A stretch of 63,346 bases of DNA, filler included, from Rhizaria sp. SCN 62-66 (lineage: Eukaryota), in NCBI GenBank assembly GCA_001724265.1. It is 3 parts of 3 records of this genome, joined end to end, with 100 filler letters (N's around TTAATTAATTAA, not from the genome) between each part and the next. Parts side by side here need not be neighbours in the genome. Positions count along the whole stretch, not along the records: positions 1 to 22,849 come from MEDY01000435.1; 2 more parts are not named here. One strand, given 5' to 3'. The notes beneath the pieces are model-generated. The model was not told the DNA's origin. It ran no database searches and saw only the letters and a program-made list of their open reading frames with translations. The translations under genes and the position numbers were made by a program. Positions 1-13,600 of the stretch are shown here, piece by piece. Numbering within the stretch: position 1 is the first letter of the stretch; each line of letters begins with the position of its first letter.

Positions 1-1
1 C

Positions 2-154
2 ACCCCCGTCTCCTCCAAGCGCGTCGAGCTCCAGAAGAAGGTTGATGCCGCCCTCATGCCCGCCGTCACCAAGGCTGGCAAGGAGTTCGTCTCCTACCTT
101 GGCGCCCACTTCCGCCTCTCCAAGGCTCAGTTCCCCCACGCCATGAAGTTCTAA
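2..154 (+). CDS. RPL6: 60S ribosomal protein L6 (eL6), 3' end only
   Basis: Frame 2 reads TPVSSKRVELQKKVDAALMPAVTKAGKEFVSYLGAHFRLSKAQFPHAMKF-TAA(152-154). This matches the eL6 C-terminal pattern QKxVD...YL...F.L....PH...F. Not in the ORF track; 5' part lies outside the window. Confidence 0.9.
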   Translation, partial: TPVSSKRVELQKKVDAALMPAVTKAGKEFVSYLGAHFRLSKAQFPHAMKF

Positions 155-505
155 GTGACGTTTCCGGACAACAGAGATAGCTACGTAATGTTAAAACACA
201 AAACAACCTACCTTTTTGCTGGGGCTTTGCCGAAATACTTCAACTCACCAAATATACACCACATTTTATAAACACACTTACAATCTCACGTGTTGGACAA
301 GACTAGCATATCGAACTTGCAGCAATGCAATGTGAAATGCATGTAAGCTTAACATAAAATAGACTCAACAAGACTTGAAGGTAGTAAAAATTGAGTGTGT
401 GTTTTTTTGTATCCAGAACTGATTCCTGTATCTGTCAGCTTCACAATAAATATAATTCGCACTCCGTTCTCAGGAACTTCTTTCGTTTTGAGTCGAACGT
501 CATAT

Positions 506-3500
506 TCAGTAGAAGGTGGTGCGGCGCTTCTCCTCGCGCTCGCGCCCCTTCTCATCAGCCCTGCGCTCGGTCCGCTCCTCGCGCCACTGCCGCTTCTCTC
601 CGTCGCGCTCCACGCGCGAGTCGTGCGCAGCCTTGCGCCGGTGCTTGGCCTGTTTCGCGCGCGTCTGCTCGATGATCTGCGCCACCTGCTCCGCGCGCGC
701 GCCCTTGTCGAACACGCGCCCGCGGGAGTCCTCCCGCGTGTCGACGGCCTTCTCCGCGCTCTTGGCCAGGTTCGCCTCGCGCACGCGCGCCTTGCCGCGC
801 TCGATGATGCGCTCCAGGATGCGCTTCTTGGCCTGCTCCGACATCTGCTCGCCCATCTCGGCCTCCTGCAGCGAGCGTCCCGTCTTGTGCGCCGTCCGCA
901 GCGTCTGCGCCGCCGCGCCGCCGCTGCGCGCCGCCAGCACCACGTCGTTGTCGTGCCCGCGCCGCTGCCAGGGCATCTTGGCGATGCGGTCGATGCGCTT
1001 CGCCTCGTCGGTCTTCTCGCGCCGCGCCGCGCGCCGCTCGTCGGACCGCGCCACGCGCTCCTTGTGCTGTTCGGCGCGCGCGCGCTCGATGTCGCGGCGC
1101 GGCACGCCCAGAACGGCGGCGCGCTTGCGCAGCGCGGGCGCGACGTCGGGGCGGTAGTCGTCCTTGTCGGCGGTGAGCCGCGTGATTGGCCGGCCCTCGC
1201 TGTGCGCGCGGTCAATCGCGCGCGCCAGCACCTCGTCGCCCTTGTTGACCACCGAGATCACGTGGCCCGGCTCGGCTGCGCGCGCAGTGCGCCCGGCGCG
1301 GTGCAGGAAGTCCACGGGGTTGTAGGGAAAGTCGAAGTTGATCACCTTGGAAAGGAAGCGCGTGTCGACGCCGCGGCCCGCGAGGTCGGTGGCGACCATG
1401 ACTGCGCGGCGGCGCGAGAGGAAGTCGTCCCAGCACTGGCGGCGCAGCTTGGGCGGGATGTCGCCGTGGCAGCCCGTGACCGAGACGCCCGCATCCTGCA
1501 GCGCGTGCTGTACGGCGCGCGCCGAGGCCACCGAGTTGCAGAAGACCATCACGGGCGTCTGGTACTCGTGCCAGCTGCCGCGCGACGGCACGTAGCTGCG
1601 CAGCGCGTTGGCGGCGCGCTTGACGCGGACAGGCTTGCCGTCTGCACCCACCGCGCCAGCAGCACCATCGTCGTCGCCGTCCTCGTTCTCGACGTCATTC
1701 TCGTCGTCCTTGGAGTGTTCGCCGTCTGACCACCACTCGTCCTCCTCTTCCTCAGCATCCTCAGCGTTCTCAGCAGCGGCGGCAGCGACCGCCTTGTTGC
1801 TTTGGTTAGCGTAGGCCGCGGCGTCGGCCGAGAACTGCTCCCCCGAGAGGATCTCCTTGAGGATTTCGACCTTGTTGCGGCCGCCCGTGCGCACCCAGGA
1901 CAGTCGCAGGCGCCGCGGCAGCGACATGTTGTTCTGCGTCTCGAGCTCCGACAGCGCGCGCGCGTGGTGCTTCTCCGCGTAAAGGGGGAAAAACGCCTTG
2001 AGCTGGTTCTGGAACGCGCCCCCGAGCGAAGCCCCGGCCCACAGCAGCTGCGGCGCGGGCCGCGCGGGCAGCGCGGCGATGCGCTGCGCGGTGGCGTTGG
2101 CAGCCGCGAAGGCTGCGGCAGTCTCGCCGGCGCGCGTGCCGCCCGCGGAGAGCGCGGCGGCGGACAGCGCGTAGCACGCGGGGCGCTCGCCGTGCGCGTG
2201 CAGGTGTGCGTCCTCGGCGCGGCGGCGGATGGGGTAGAAGAGCGCGTGCAGATCCTCTGTGAAGCCCGATCGCGGGTGGAGCAGGAAGTCGGCCTCGTCG
2301 ACGACGACGTGCTGCAGGTCCGACAGGTGCAGCGCGCGGTCGCGGAGCAGCGCCAGCAGGCGGCCGGGCGTACCGATGAGCAGGTCGACGTTGTGCAGCC
2401 GCGACAGCTGCTGCTCGAGCGTGGCTTTGTCGTACACGCGGGCCGGCGCGGCCAGGCCGGCCTCGGCGGCGAGCGCGGCGTCGTCGTACAGGTCGCCGTG
2501 CTCCGCGGGCAGGTAGTCATCGTCCGCGACCGCGCGCTCAGCTGCAGTCGCAGTAACTGTGCTATTGTTCTCAGCCTCAGTCTCGGCCTTCGCGGAGTAG
2601 GCAGTGGCGACGGAAGTCATTGCTGCGGACAGAGACTCGTCGGCGGCGGCGTCGGCGTCCTCCTCCTCGTACAGATCGGCGTCGGTCTGGGTCTCGGGTG
2701 TCTTGTTGAGACTGCGACTGTTGTTGCTCGAGTTGACAGGAATGGAGTCCGGGCCCGCGGCGTCGCCGTCGGCGGCCTTCAGCGCGGCGGCGGCGGCGTC
2801 GACCTCGGCCTGCGCGCGGAGACGGGCCATGACGCCGCCCAGCTCCGCCTCGAATGACGTCTCGCCACGGCTGACCGCGTCAGCCACCTTGGCAAAGGCG
2901 TCCTTGGCCTCAGCGTAGGCCTCGCGCCTGAGGAGGGGGAAACAATAGACAAAAACAAAGATACATCGACATGTCAGAGGCATAATGAGATAAAATGTTT
3001 AAATTACGATCTTAAATCCAAAGAAACGACGGCCTGGCCAGTTAAAAATATAGTTATATGAACAATATAAATTGTCTGTTGTGCAGTACCACATACCTGG
3101 CTTCGACCTTGCTCTTGCCCTGCTCGCGGAGCTCCCGCGCGCGCGCCTGCGCCTGCGCGGTCATGGCGGGCCGCCACTGCGCGACGATGCGCGTCCACAG
3201 CACCGCGGCGGCGCGCGAGGAGCGGCCCTCAAGCTGCCGGCGCTGCGAGGACACGGACTCGCCTCCGAGCGCGGCGGCGACCTTGAAGCGGGCGCCGTGG
3301 CTGTGGCAGAGGGCCTTGGCGACTGCGAGCACCTGCTGCGCCAGCTCGCGCGACGGCACAATCACGAGCGCGCGTGGGCGGTTCGGGCGCGAGGCGTGGC
3401 CCGCGCGCTCGCCCTCGACGAGGGCGTTGAGCACGGGCAGCAGGAACGCAAGGGTCTTGCCGGTGCCGGTCTGGGCGCCCAGCATGGCGTCCTCGGGGCC

Positions 3501-4049
3501 TGCAAAAGCGAGGTGAAATCATGACACAAATAAGATTCAGTGAATAAAAAAGCTTAGATACCAGCAACATAAAAGTATGTAGTACTCTTAGATCCCAGCT
3601 AAACTGTCAGAATTGTGTTATATAATGGAGAACAGAGTGAAATATCGCGTACCTGTGAGGAGTTTGGGGATGGCGAGGCGCTGGATCTCAGTTGGGGTCG
3701 TGATGTTCATGCCTGCGAGCAGCGCGTCGAGCTCAGGCAACACGCCCAGTGCGGCAAACCCGCCCGCGGAGTTGAGTGCCTTGCTCTTGGATGAGGAGGC
3801 TGTTGATGCACCACTGGCAGCAGCAGCGGCGGCGGCGGCGGCGGCAGTGACCGAGGCAGACGCGGGGGGCAGCTTGCGCGAAAGAACTGAGGTGATGGAG
3901 CGCGCGGGGGCCAGAGCGGCGGGGCCAAAAACGCCCACAGGAAGTGAAGCTGGAGTGGCATGAGCGGACAGGCATGTGGCAGCGCTGGGCAGCGCGACGG
4001 CCGAGGACACAGCGCGCGACCGCGCGAGGTGCAGGGCGCGGCGCAACAT
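506..4049 (-). CDS. DEAD-box RNA helicase, probably mitochondrial (DDX28/RH39-like), 3 exons, ~1073 aa
   Basis: Exons 4049-3653, 3499-3097, 2927-506. Introns 3652-3500 (GTACGC..TTTGCAG) and 3096-2928 (GTATGT..CCTCAG) splice in frame. Motifs: Q (FAALGV...TPTEIQ), I AQTGTGKT, Ia [10 protein letters not shown], Ib [42 protein letters not shown]. The Arg/Ala/Ser-rich N-terminus [16 protein letters not shown] resembles a mitochondrial presequence. The subfamily call is an inference. Confidence 0.9.
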
Positions 4050-4629
4050 GGGGCGGGCCGCTGCGGGAAAGCTGTCAGGGGGAAGGTCTTGGGCTTTTTT
4101 TGGAAGTATAATTTAGGGATAGTACAAGATTGTAAGAGGTAATTTCGGTAAACCGTGTTAAATCACTAGTGACGGTCGCTGTGGCGCATATGTCATGCTC
4201 GGACTATGGTGGTGCGGACAGTCCTCTCTCTCGGTTCCAACGGGGCTGATCAATCACTCAGACTAAGGCCCTCTAAAGTGGCGAAATTGAACATAGATTT
4301 CAACATACATGATCGTCAGTTCAAAATGCTTCCGGTGTATGAAGTCTGACGTTTGTGAATCTACTGTATTTTTCAATTATCCTTTATAAATCAAACGATA
4401 TAACCCTCATTTTTGCCTTCCATAACACTCACTTTATGACCGTTTCTGACACATCTCGTCTCACACGACTCTCCCGCCCACCACTCGGATATGTTCCTTG
4501 AATCAGCGCTTGCTTGGGTATTGTGTACCGTCTGTACATATTGCTACGCAGACGCAGTAACGCCTTCTAAACCCTTTGTTCAGGCGCAGCACGCTCGTTT
4601 CTCTTCCGGCCTCTGCCCCAGCTGCCCTC
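4050..4629. promoter_or_regulatory. Putative bidirectional promoter between the helicase and the giant protein
   Basis: A 580-nt lower-GC spacer between divergent start codons. Positional inference only. Confidence 0.5.
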
Positions 4630-7600
4630 ATGGCGAGTGCCCTCCGCCCCGCCAGCTCTGGCCACGGCGCTGACGGCAGCAGTCCCAGCACCAGCGCACG
4701 CAGGGCGCATCCGTTTGTAGTGAGCTTTTCTGATGACGTGCCCGGCTCCGTGTCTCCTGCCGCGCAGGCGCCCGACCGTCGCAACAACAATGCAGGCGAT
4801 CACAGCATCGCTGCTCCGGCCAACGCTGCTGCAGCGGCGGACGCTGCTGCAGCGGCGGCTGGGTGGCCCGCGCCTGTGCCGACCCCGACGCGACTCGCCC
4901 CGTCGTCGCCGCTTCCGTCACCGTTTGTGCCGCGCATGCGCTCTATCGCTCCGCCTGGCGGTCCTGCAAACTCCAACAGCAACAGCGCCAGTGACAACAA
5001 CAACGGGAGTAACGCTGCGGCTACGATCGCAACAGGCGCTCTTTACCCGCGTCCGCAGCCGCCTGCAGCGCGCAGCGGTTTTGTGACCACTCCCACCGAC
5101 TCAGCTTCTGTTCCTGCCTCCCCATATCCCAGCGCAAGCGTGAACGCAACTGCTAGCCCTGCGAACCGCGGGCCGAGGCCGACGTTCGCGGCCGCCGCGG
5201 CATCTGCGGCGGCCGTCGCGGTCGCGGCTGCAGCAGCGTCGGCGCCTGAGCCTGTCCGCGCCGCGCTTGCGCCGCTGTTGTTGCACTCGCATTCGCTCTC
5301 ACACGTCGGCTACTTGCAAGACAGTCACGGTCTCAGTCACGGAGCTGCGGTGGGGTCGGCCACAGCAGCTACGAATGCTGCTACGACGCCTGATGCGGCC
5401 TTGGAAGCACACCTGCACCAGTTGCAGTCGCGTGCGTATGCGTTGAAGGCCGCGCTTGTTCCTCACAGTTATGCTGACTCTACAGGAAGTCAAGCCGCGT
5501 CAGAGATCGACTGGCGGGCGCTCGACGGCTTCGCCCTCGCAGACGCTGCAGCCGCTACGCTCGCTGCCTCGAATAACGGCGACAGTGGTTCTGCGACCGG
5601 CACAGGCACCCGAGCCCACGGTCATGGTCACTCCGCGCACGCTAGTAGGGCGACGTCGCGGCAACGGTTACGCTCACGGTCGCGTTCACGGTCTCGGTCC
5701 CGTGGAGCCGCGCGCTCAGCGGCGGCGGCGATGACAGCGGCGACGGCGGCCGCGAAGGCGCTGGCAACCGCCAACAGCAATGCTGAGAAGACGGCATCGC
5801 AGTTGCAGTTGCAGTCGCAACGTGTGTCGCTGCGGACAGCGGCCGACGTCACCGCCCTGGCGACGGCAGAGTTCACGCGGCTTGCGTCGCTCCTGCTCCC
5901 GCTTCCCGGCTCCAACGCAAAGACGAACCCCATCAGAGACGCCCCAGTCAGCCCCACTGCCCGGCCGCGCCCCGCCACTGCTGCTGCCGACCTGAACTCG
6001 AACAGCACCGCTAACAGTAGCCCAGCACTCTCGCTCACCCACGTGTCCGGGGCCCTGCCTCGTCCTGTCTCTGTCTCCCATGGCAGCGCCGCCTCTGCGG
6101 CGGCCCCGTCCCCACTTCTCGCGCCGGCGGGCGCGGGCGACCTGCGCGGCGAGGGCGCCGCGCTGCACTACCGACCGCACGCGCTGCTGTCGCGGCTCGA
6201 AGTGCTCTACAGCCCGCTGTTCTTCGCGGCCACGATGCACTTCGCGCACCTGATGCATCCGCGCCCGCACGCGTTCGCGCACGGCAGCAACAACGCCAGT
6301 GTCGGCGACAACGACGCCGGCGATGCAAACGCGGCCGGCACCGGCTGGGGTGGAGACTCCGTTGCGCAGACGCCTGCGGACGCTGGTTCGAAGCATAGAC
6401 GCGTCCCTAGTCACGCTCACAGTCAAAGCCAAAGCCAGAACCAGGGCCACGGCCACGGGATGCAGTTCAGCTTTGGCTTCGCGTCCCCTGTCGCTGTGGC
6501 CGCCGAGGCCGAGGCTGCCGCTCTGGCGCGCGACCCCTGGCTGGCCCTGCTGCCGCGGCCGCTGCCGCGCTTCACTGCGGCCGACTGGCTGCCTGTGCTG
6601 CTGCGGCTGCAACTGTGGACGGACGGGGACCTGACGCCGCACGGCACGCGCCCGGACCACAGTTATAGCTACAACAGCGGCGACAGAGTCGGATACGGCC
6701 GCGCCAAGGGCGCAGCTGTAGCGAACGACGGCTTTGCACGCGCCCCCGCCGCGGCGGTGGCTGCTTGCGTGCGCGACTGGCGCATGGACACGATCGGGCT
6801 CACAGCATCCAGCGTCAACTCTCTGCCGAACACGACCAGCAACAAAAGCAGCAACATCATCAAGGGCGACGCGTCCTCGAGCGCCACTGCGGGCTCCCAA
6901 CTTGACAGCACCGGCGGCGTCGTTTTGGACCCAGCCCGCGTGCACAGGGCTTTGCACGAGCTTGTCGACGTGTGGTCCGGTCCTTTGCCGATCCAACCGC
7001 CGCCTACGCTGCAGGCTCAACAGCAGCAGTCGCTATTACTGACACAGACACAGCCGCCGCCGTCGCCGTCCCGCGCCCGTTCGGCCCGCGCTGCTCACTC
7101 CGCGTCAAGCCACGGCGCTGGGACAAGCAACGCTGCGCCCGCCGCGGCGGAGTCCGCGGCCGACGCCGCAGCGAGCGCGCACGGCTACACTGCGCTCGAC
7201 TACGCGGTCTGGCTCGCGCGCGCGTACTACGCGATCACGACGCCGCGCGCGGTTGCAGACGGCGCGTCCCCGCCGCCGCCGGGCACCGCGCCGCCGCCGC
7301 CGCGCGCGACGCTGCCCCCCGGCGCGCCCGTGCCTGCCGCGCTGGCCGGACCCGGACTGGGCTCCGCGATGCTGTGGGGCGAGGAGTGGACCGTGGACGC
7401 GGTGGCCTCGGCTCCGCCCGCCGCGTCGTCGCCCGCCGCGCGCGCCGCCGCGGAGGCCACGCTGCTGTGGTTCTTCGCCCAGGCCCCGCCCGCGCGCCAC
7501 GGGGTCGACGCGCGCCCGCCCGCGGTCGCCGCGGCACTGCGCGCGCGCCACTGCAACCGGAGCAGTGGCAGAACTCCCGGTAACGTGGCGAGCATTGGCT

Positions 7601-10600
7601 CCGGCGGGATGGAAGGCGCGCTGGCGCCGCCGCCGCCGCCGCCGCGCCGCCCGCGCCCGCTGTCGACTGTGCACACGTCGCTGCTCGAGGCCGCTGCGGC
7701 AAAGTGCGTCGCGCAGTCCATGGCGCAGTCAGCGGCGCCCTCACTCTTGGTCACCAACGAAGACAGCCACGATGAGGACGGCGGTCTTAGCAGCAACAAC
7801 GACAACAGCGATGCTGACGAGGGCTTTAACGCGAATGACCCCGCGGACGGCGGCGGCGTCAGCGTTGTGTGGCATGGCGCCAGCGTTGGCGACGGGGCCA
7901 GCGGTGCTGCTGGTGCCTGCCCCGGTGGCAAGGGCCGGCGCGGGTCGATCGCGATGCAGTCGGGCGCGCGCGCTGCCGTGACGGTGAACAGTATCACCGC
8001 GCTTGCGCTCACAGCGAACGCACTGCCTGAGCCGCCGGTGACCACAGTTGCCAAGCAGACAGCAGAACCTAGCAGAACTGACGGGGACAACGAGCAGCTG
8101 CTGCAGCAGTCAGAACAGTCGCAGAATGACGACGCGAGCTGGCTGCGCCGCCGAGCTGCCAAGCCCAGTCTTGTACAGACTCTTGTTCTCGACCCTTTGG
8201 CGGCTGCAGCCGCTGCCGCAGCCACTGCGGCCGCGGCGGCCACGTCTCTTGAAGGTGCGAAGGCGGCTGCCGCAGCCGTGTCTCCCGCGCGCGGCCGCCG
8301 GGGCAGTGTAGCAACTGGTAACGCCGTGTTGGCTTCACAGCCGCTGAGCCCGAGTACGCGATCCGTGTCTCCGCCGCGCTCAGCGTTTCCGCACGCACAC
8401 AACGTGATGAGCGAGCCGCAGACGCCGTCGTCGCCGCGCAAGCGCGCCCGTAGACGTGCCGCTGCTGCTGCACTCGCAGCTGACGCCGACGCGGCAGCAT
8501 TTCCGGACGATGAAGACTCAATTCTTGCCCGGTTTGATCCTCCCACAGCCGCCGCCGTTGCTGCCGCGGCCTCTGCAGCCGCCGAAGCCGCAGGCGCTGC
8601 TGCGTCTGCACCAACGTCACGGCTTACTTACGCGCAATCGCTCGACTTGCGACTTGCCCTATCGTCCGCGCTGCCGCTGTCGACGAGTGACGGCGACAGC
8701 ATGAAGTCTGCGCTTGGCGCGCTCCCCGGTGCGACCATCAACAGCATTAGCAATGACGCTATGCTCGATGGACTTAGCGCGAACAACGCAGGCTCTCGCC
8801 CAGGCTCTGCCTCTGCGCGCCCCGGCTCTGCGTCTGCGCGTCCCGGCTCAGCCACGGACCGACCTGGCTCCACGACTGCGCGCCCCGGCTCTGCTTCGCG
8901 CCCGCGCGCGCGGCCTGACTCTGCTGGTGCATTCGGCTCTTCTTCCTCGCGTGGCCTCGTTTCTGGCTTCCTCGCCGGCCCCGCGCAGCCGCGCATCGCA
9001 GTGCTCCGCGCGCGCGCACTCGCGGCCGCGGGCGACACGCTCTGGGCGCACGGACTCGGTCAGCCGCTCGGCACGCCCGCCGGGCTCGCACTTGATTTGA
9101 CTGTGGCGATGCCGTGGGAGGCAGTCCCGCCGCGCTCGCTGGGCACGGACATTGCTATCGCGGCCGCCACCACGAGTGCGGCGACGCGCTCGCTCGAGGC
9201 GTCATTGCACGGCGACAGTCGCCCTCACACCGCCACTGCTACTGCTGAAGCGGACGCCAACAACGCCGCTGACACACCCTGGTCGCCGCTCACTGGACTG
9301 CCCGCGCCGCACATCCAGGGAGGCGGCCTCACTTCTGGTGGTACGTCTGGATTCCACGGCACGACCTCAGGACACTTGCCCTCGCATGGGAGCTACTTGG
9401 CCGATCCTCCCGTGAGTTCGGCCATCGCGCCGTCCGGCGCAGGCTGGGGATTCGCAACCTCGTCGGCCACGTCGCCTCTCTTGGGCGCGACATCGCTTGC
9501 GAACAACGCGGGGACGTCACCGCAGCAGGCGCAGAGGGAGCTGCAGCGCGCTGTCACCTCTCTCGGCCGCCGCAGCGCCCGCGCCTCCGGCACTGGGCTC
9601 GGCACACTGGGCTCCGCCTCCGGCCCTGTGGGCGGCTCCCCGCGCGGCCGGCCTGCGACCGCTGCGGCCGCTGTCTCCGCGCCTGCGTCGGGCGGCGTCG
9701 AGTCCGCGAGTGTCGTCGCGGGCAAGGCGTTCCACCCGCTGGACGCGGTCCCTGGCTCCAATGCGCCCCCACTGCGACTGGGTCCCGCGGACACCAAGCG
9801 GCTCACACACCTGCGCCGCCGCGTGCAGCTGCTGACTGCGCACCAGCGCGGCGCCTTCGCGACGGCTGAGGTGGCCGCAGACACGGATGCGGCCGCTGCT
9901 GCTGCGGCTGCCGCAGCCGCCGGTGCCGGGCGCGGTGGGGGGCTCAGACGCGCGCGCACTGCGGTCTCTCGCGCTCGCGCTGCCGCAGCCGCAGCCCGCT
10001 CTGGCGGTCCGGCCGCCACGGCGGCGCTGGCGGGCGCGGACGGGCTGCTGCACCCGCGGCGGCTGCGCGCACGTGTCTCATCGGCGCTGGGTCCGCTAGT
10101 CGGTCCCGCAGTGCTGCCAACGGGTGTGGGCATGGCCACGTCGTTTGCGGAACACTTGACGGGCAGCTCGGGCGCCAGCACCAACGCTGTCGTTGCTGCC
10201 GCTGTTGCAGCTGGGAAGCATCCCACGGTGCAGCAGGGCGCGTTAGGCGCGACCTTTGGCGCGTCACAGACGCTCTCATCGTCTCAGCAACCGCCGCAGC
10301 TGCAGCGCCCCGCGACTGCGCCCACAAGAGACGCCACCGGCGACGGTGGCACTGTTTCTGCCGCTGACGGCACAGCGGCTCCAGGCGACGCAGCTTTTAC
10401 AGCGGTCGAGTGGGGCGGTGTGCGCTCGCTGTGGGCGCTGCAGCGCGGCCGCGACGCCGCCCGCGACCGCGCCCGTGCCGCCGCTCTGCCGTCCTCGGTC
10501 TCGGCCACTCTCGGCGCTGGCGATGGTGACGGCGATGACGCAGGCGGCGACGCGATCACCCGCGCACAGGCACGCGCTCGTGCGCGCGCCCGCGTGCTGT

Positions 10601-13600
10601 CTGGCCGCGCGGGCCCCGCTGCGTCCGCGGCGGCTGCGCTGTGCGATGACAGCGAGAGCGACCCGCCAACGCCGCCGATGCCCTCGGTCACGACGGAGAG
10701 TGCGCTCAAGGCGGCGCAGGCCGCAGCCGCCGGCGGCGCTCACCGCTGGCTCGGGGTTAAAGCACTGTCGCCCTTGCCCAGGCCCGCATCTGCGGTTGCG
10801 CCTGCTGGTCTTGACAAAGCACGCTCGCTGTTGCACGGCGCCTCTGTTTCCGCTAGTCCTGATGCAGCTGCAGAAAGTGCTGCTGTTGACCCGGCCTTGA
10901 CTTCTGCCGCCGCCGATGCATTGACCGGTGAGGGGCATGTCGGCCCCGACGGAGCTACTGCGACCACGCGCCTCACGGGGCGCGCTGCGGCGCTGGCCGC
11001 GAGCCGCGAAGGAATCCTCGTGCAAAGCAACGGACTTGCCCCCACGCTGCTCATGCCTCGGGGCCTTTCGCTCGCGTCGATGCCCGCGCCCCGCGCTGCG
11101 CGAGCGCAGCTGCTGCGCGCAGCGGCCGTGGACGACGCTGCCGCCGCTGCTGCTGCCGCCGCTGCCGTGGAAGCTGAGGCTGCTGCGGCAGTTGCCGCTG
11201 CGCAAGCTGCACGCCCGATTGCTACAACGCCGAACAGTGGCACCGCGTCGCCGTCGCGCGCCGGTGGGAGCAGGCCAGGCAACGTGTCGCTGCTCGCGTC
11301 GACCGCGCTCGACGGCTCCAACGCCAGTGTTGCACGGGCAGCGGCGTGGGCGGCGAGCGAGCAGGCAGCCAATGACGTGCTCCTGGCGCAGCGCCTGCTC
11401 ACGCCCGCGGCGGCTGTGGCGGTGACCAAGGCGGCGGTCGCCTCCGCTGTTTTTGTTGACGCTGCCGACAGCACGAAGAATGCTGTTGAAAATAGCAACG
11501 CCTCTGTACCAGATGCTGGAGCTGCTCCTGTGGTAGCATCTGCCGCAGGGGCGCCTGTCGTGGAGCTCATCACGCCGCTTGCTGCCGCTGCTGACCTGGC
11601 CGGTGCGACGACGGCCGTAGCGCACGAGCGGCGCCGCGGTGTGATCGACCTAGCCGCCCACAGCGTCTCGCTAGCTCTTGCGCGCGCGGGGGCAGAGCGC
11701 GCGCGCGCCCTGGCCGCCGCTGTGTGCGCACAGCTGCGTCCGCCCGCACGCGCTCTCACGCTTACGCTCTCAAACGCGCAGACGACTGCAGCTGATGACT
11801 CTGCAGGCGCATCGTATGCCAACGGTGCAGTGGGTGTCCGGGGCGTATGGCCCACTGTCCCTCTTGCCATCGCTGCCCCTGCAGCTACAACTTCCTTAGA
11901 TTCTAGACCTGCTCCCAGTTCAGTGCTGCTTGCGGCGCCGCAACAGCCCTTGTCGATGTGGCTCGCCCGCGCCCGCCTCCGCGCCGCTGTGTCGCTCGCC
12001 TCCACCTCTGCTCTCCGACCTTTCCTCTCTTCGCGCCCGGCTTCCCACGCCGCTGCATCCGTTCTCTCTTTGGCGGGCTCTCTCGACGCGGGCCGCGACT
12101 GGCGCGCGCTGGCTCCGTCCCACGCGCCGCCCGCAACGCACGCTGGCGGCACCAACTGGCTGCGCGCAGGCGCACCGCGCGCTGTGCGCGTGCCGCTCGC
12201 AGCGGTCGCGGCTGTCGTCGACCGCGCGGCATTCCACGGCGATGATTGCGGCCCCGCGCTTGCAGTCGCCACTGACAACGTCGCCGCTGCAGGCGCTCTG
12301 GCGGCGGTGGCCACTGCGGTGAAGACGCCGTACGGGTGGTGCGCTGTGCCCGCGCCCGCCGCATCGGCGTCTGCAGCGGCGACAGCAGCGGCCAGTGCGG
12401 TCAGTCGCTATCTTGTGGTCGCTGCACAGCGGCTCTGCGACGGCAAGAGCGAACGCGACAGTGGCCGCGATAGCGTTCGTGACTCTGTTCGCGACGCCAG
12501 TGATCGTGACCATGAGCGGGGGCCTCGCGCGTCTGCGCTGTCGCTCTGGGACCCGAGTGTGTTTGCATCAGAGCCCGTCACGGCCGCGGAGACTGATGCG
12601 GGCGGACGCCCTTTGCCACTGTCGTTACTGGGCCTTGTTTCCATGGCCGCGAATAGTAACGCAGCAGGGAGTGTGCCTGTGCTATCACTCGCGGCAGCAG
12701 CCTTGTCCGCGCTGCCAGATAGCCACGAGCTATTGCCACCGCAATCGCACGCGCTCGCTGCCGCTGCCGCAGTCACGGTAAACGCTGCGCTCGCAGCTGC
12801 AGCGTGGATCACTGCGCCCGCGGTTGCGATTGCAGCGGCGGAGGCAGCCGAGACTGCAGCTGCGGAGGCTGCGGCGGCTGCCGCCGCTGCAGATGAGGCT
12901 AATGCGGCTGCGGCTGCTGCTGCCGTAGAAATATCCGTTGGTAAGGGCCGGGGCAAGAAAGGGCATCGCAAGGTTAGGCCCGACTCTGCAGCCGCGGCTG
13001 CACCTGTTTCTTCATCACGTGGGACAAGTCCCAGCCGCAGCCCGAGCGGCAGTCGCAGCCACACCGGTCGTGATCAGTCTGCTGCCGCTGCCACGCCAGG
13101 CACCGCAAGCTCCCGTTCCCGTGGCCGTCCACAAGAGCAGCCCGGACATCCGCAAAAGCAGCAAAAACAGCAAGCAGCGCACGCAGCTGCGTCTCGCACA
13201 ATGACAGCTACATCTGTTGCCTCGACGATCACGCCCTCTGCGAGCGTGAAATCAGTGCCCGTGGAACAGAACAACACGAGTACATCTTCGATGGCTCGTG
13301 TACCCGCAGATGCTGGTGGCATGACTGCAACAACTCGTTTGCTTTCCTCTGCGGCTGCAACTACATCACTCTCGTGTCTGGCTCCAGCTGCTGATGTTGC
13401 CCTGACGACCCCCGTATCCAGTGCAACTTCAGACAGTGCTGCGGCATCAAATGGCGTTGGATGCTACCCAGCGGCGCTGCTGCGCCTATGGCGCGTTGTG
13501 CAGCCCACGTACACGTCATGCCTTGCTGGCGACGCACATGCGCTGCAGCAACACGCCCTCGCGCGTGTGCGCGCCTCGGCCAAAGCTGCCGACAGCCGTC

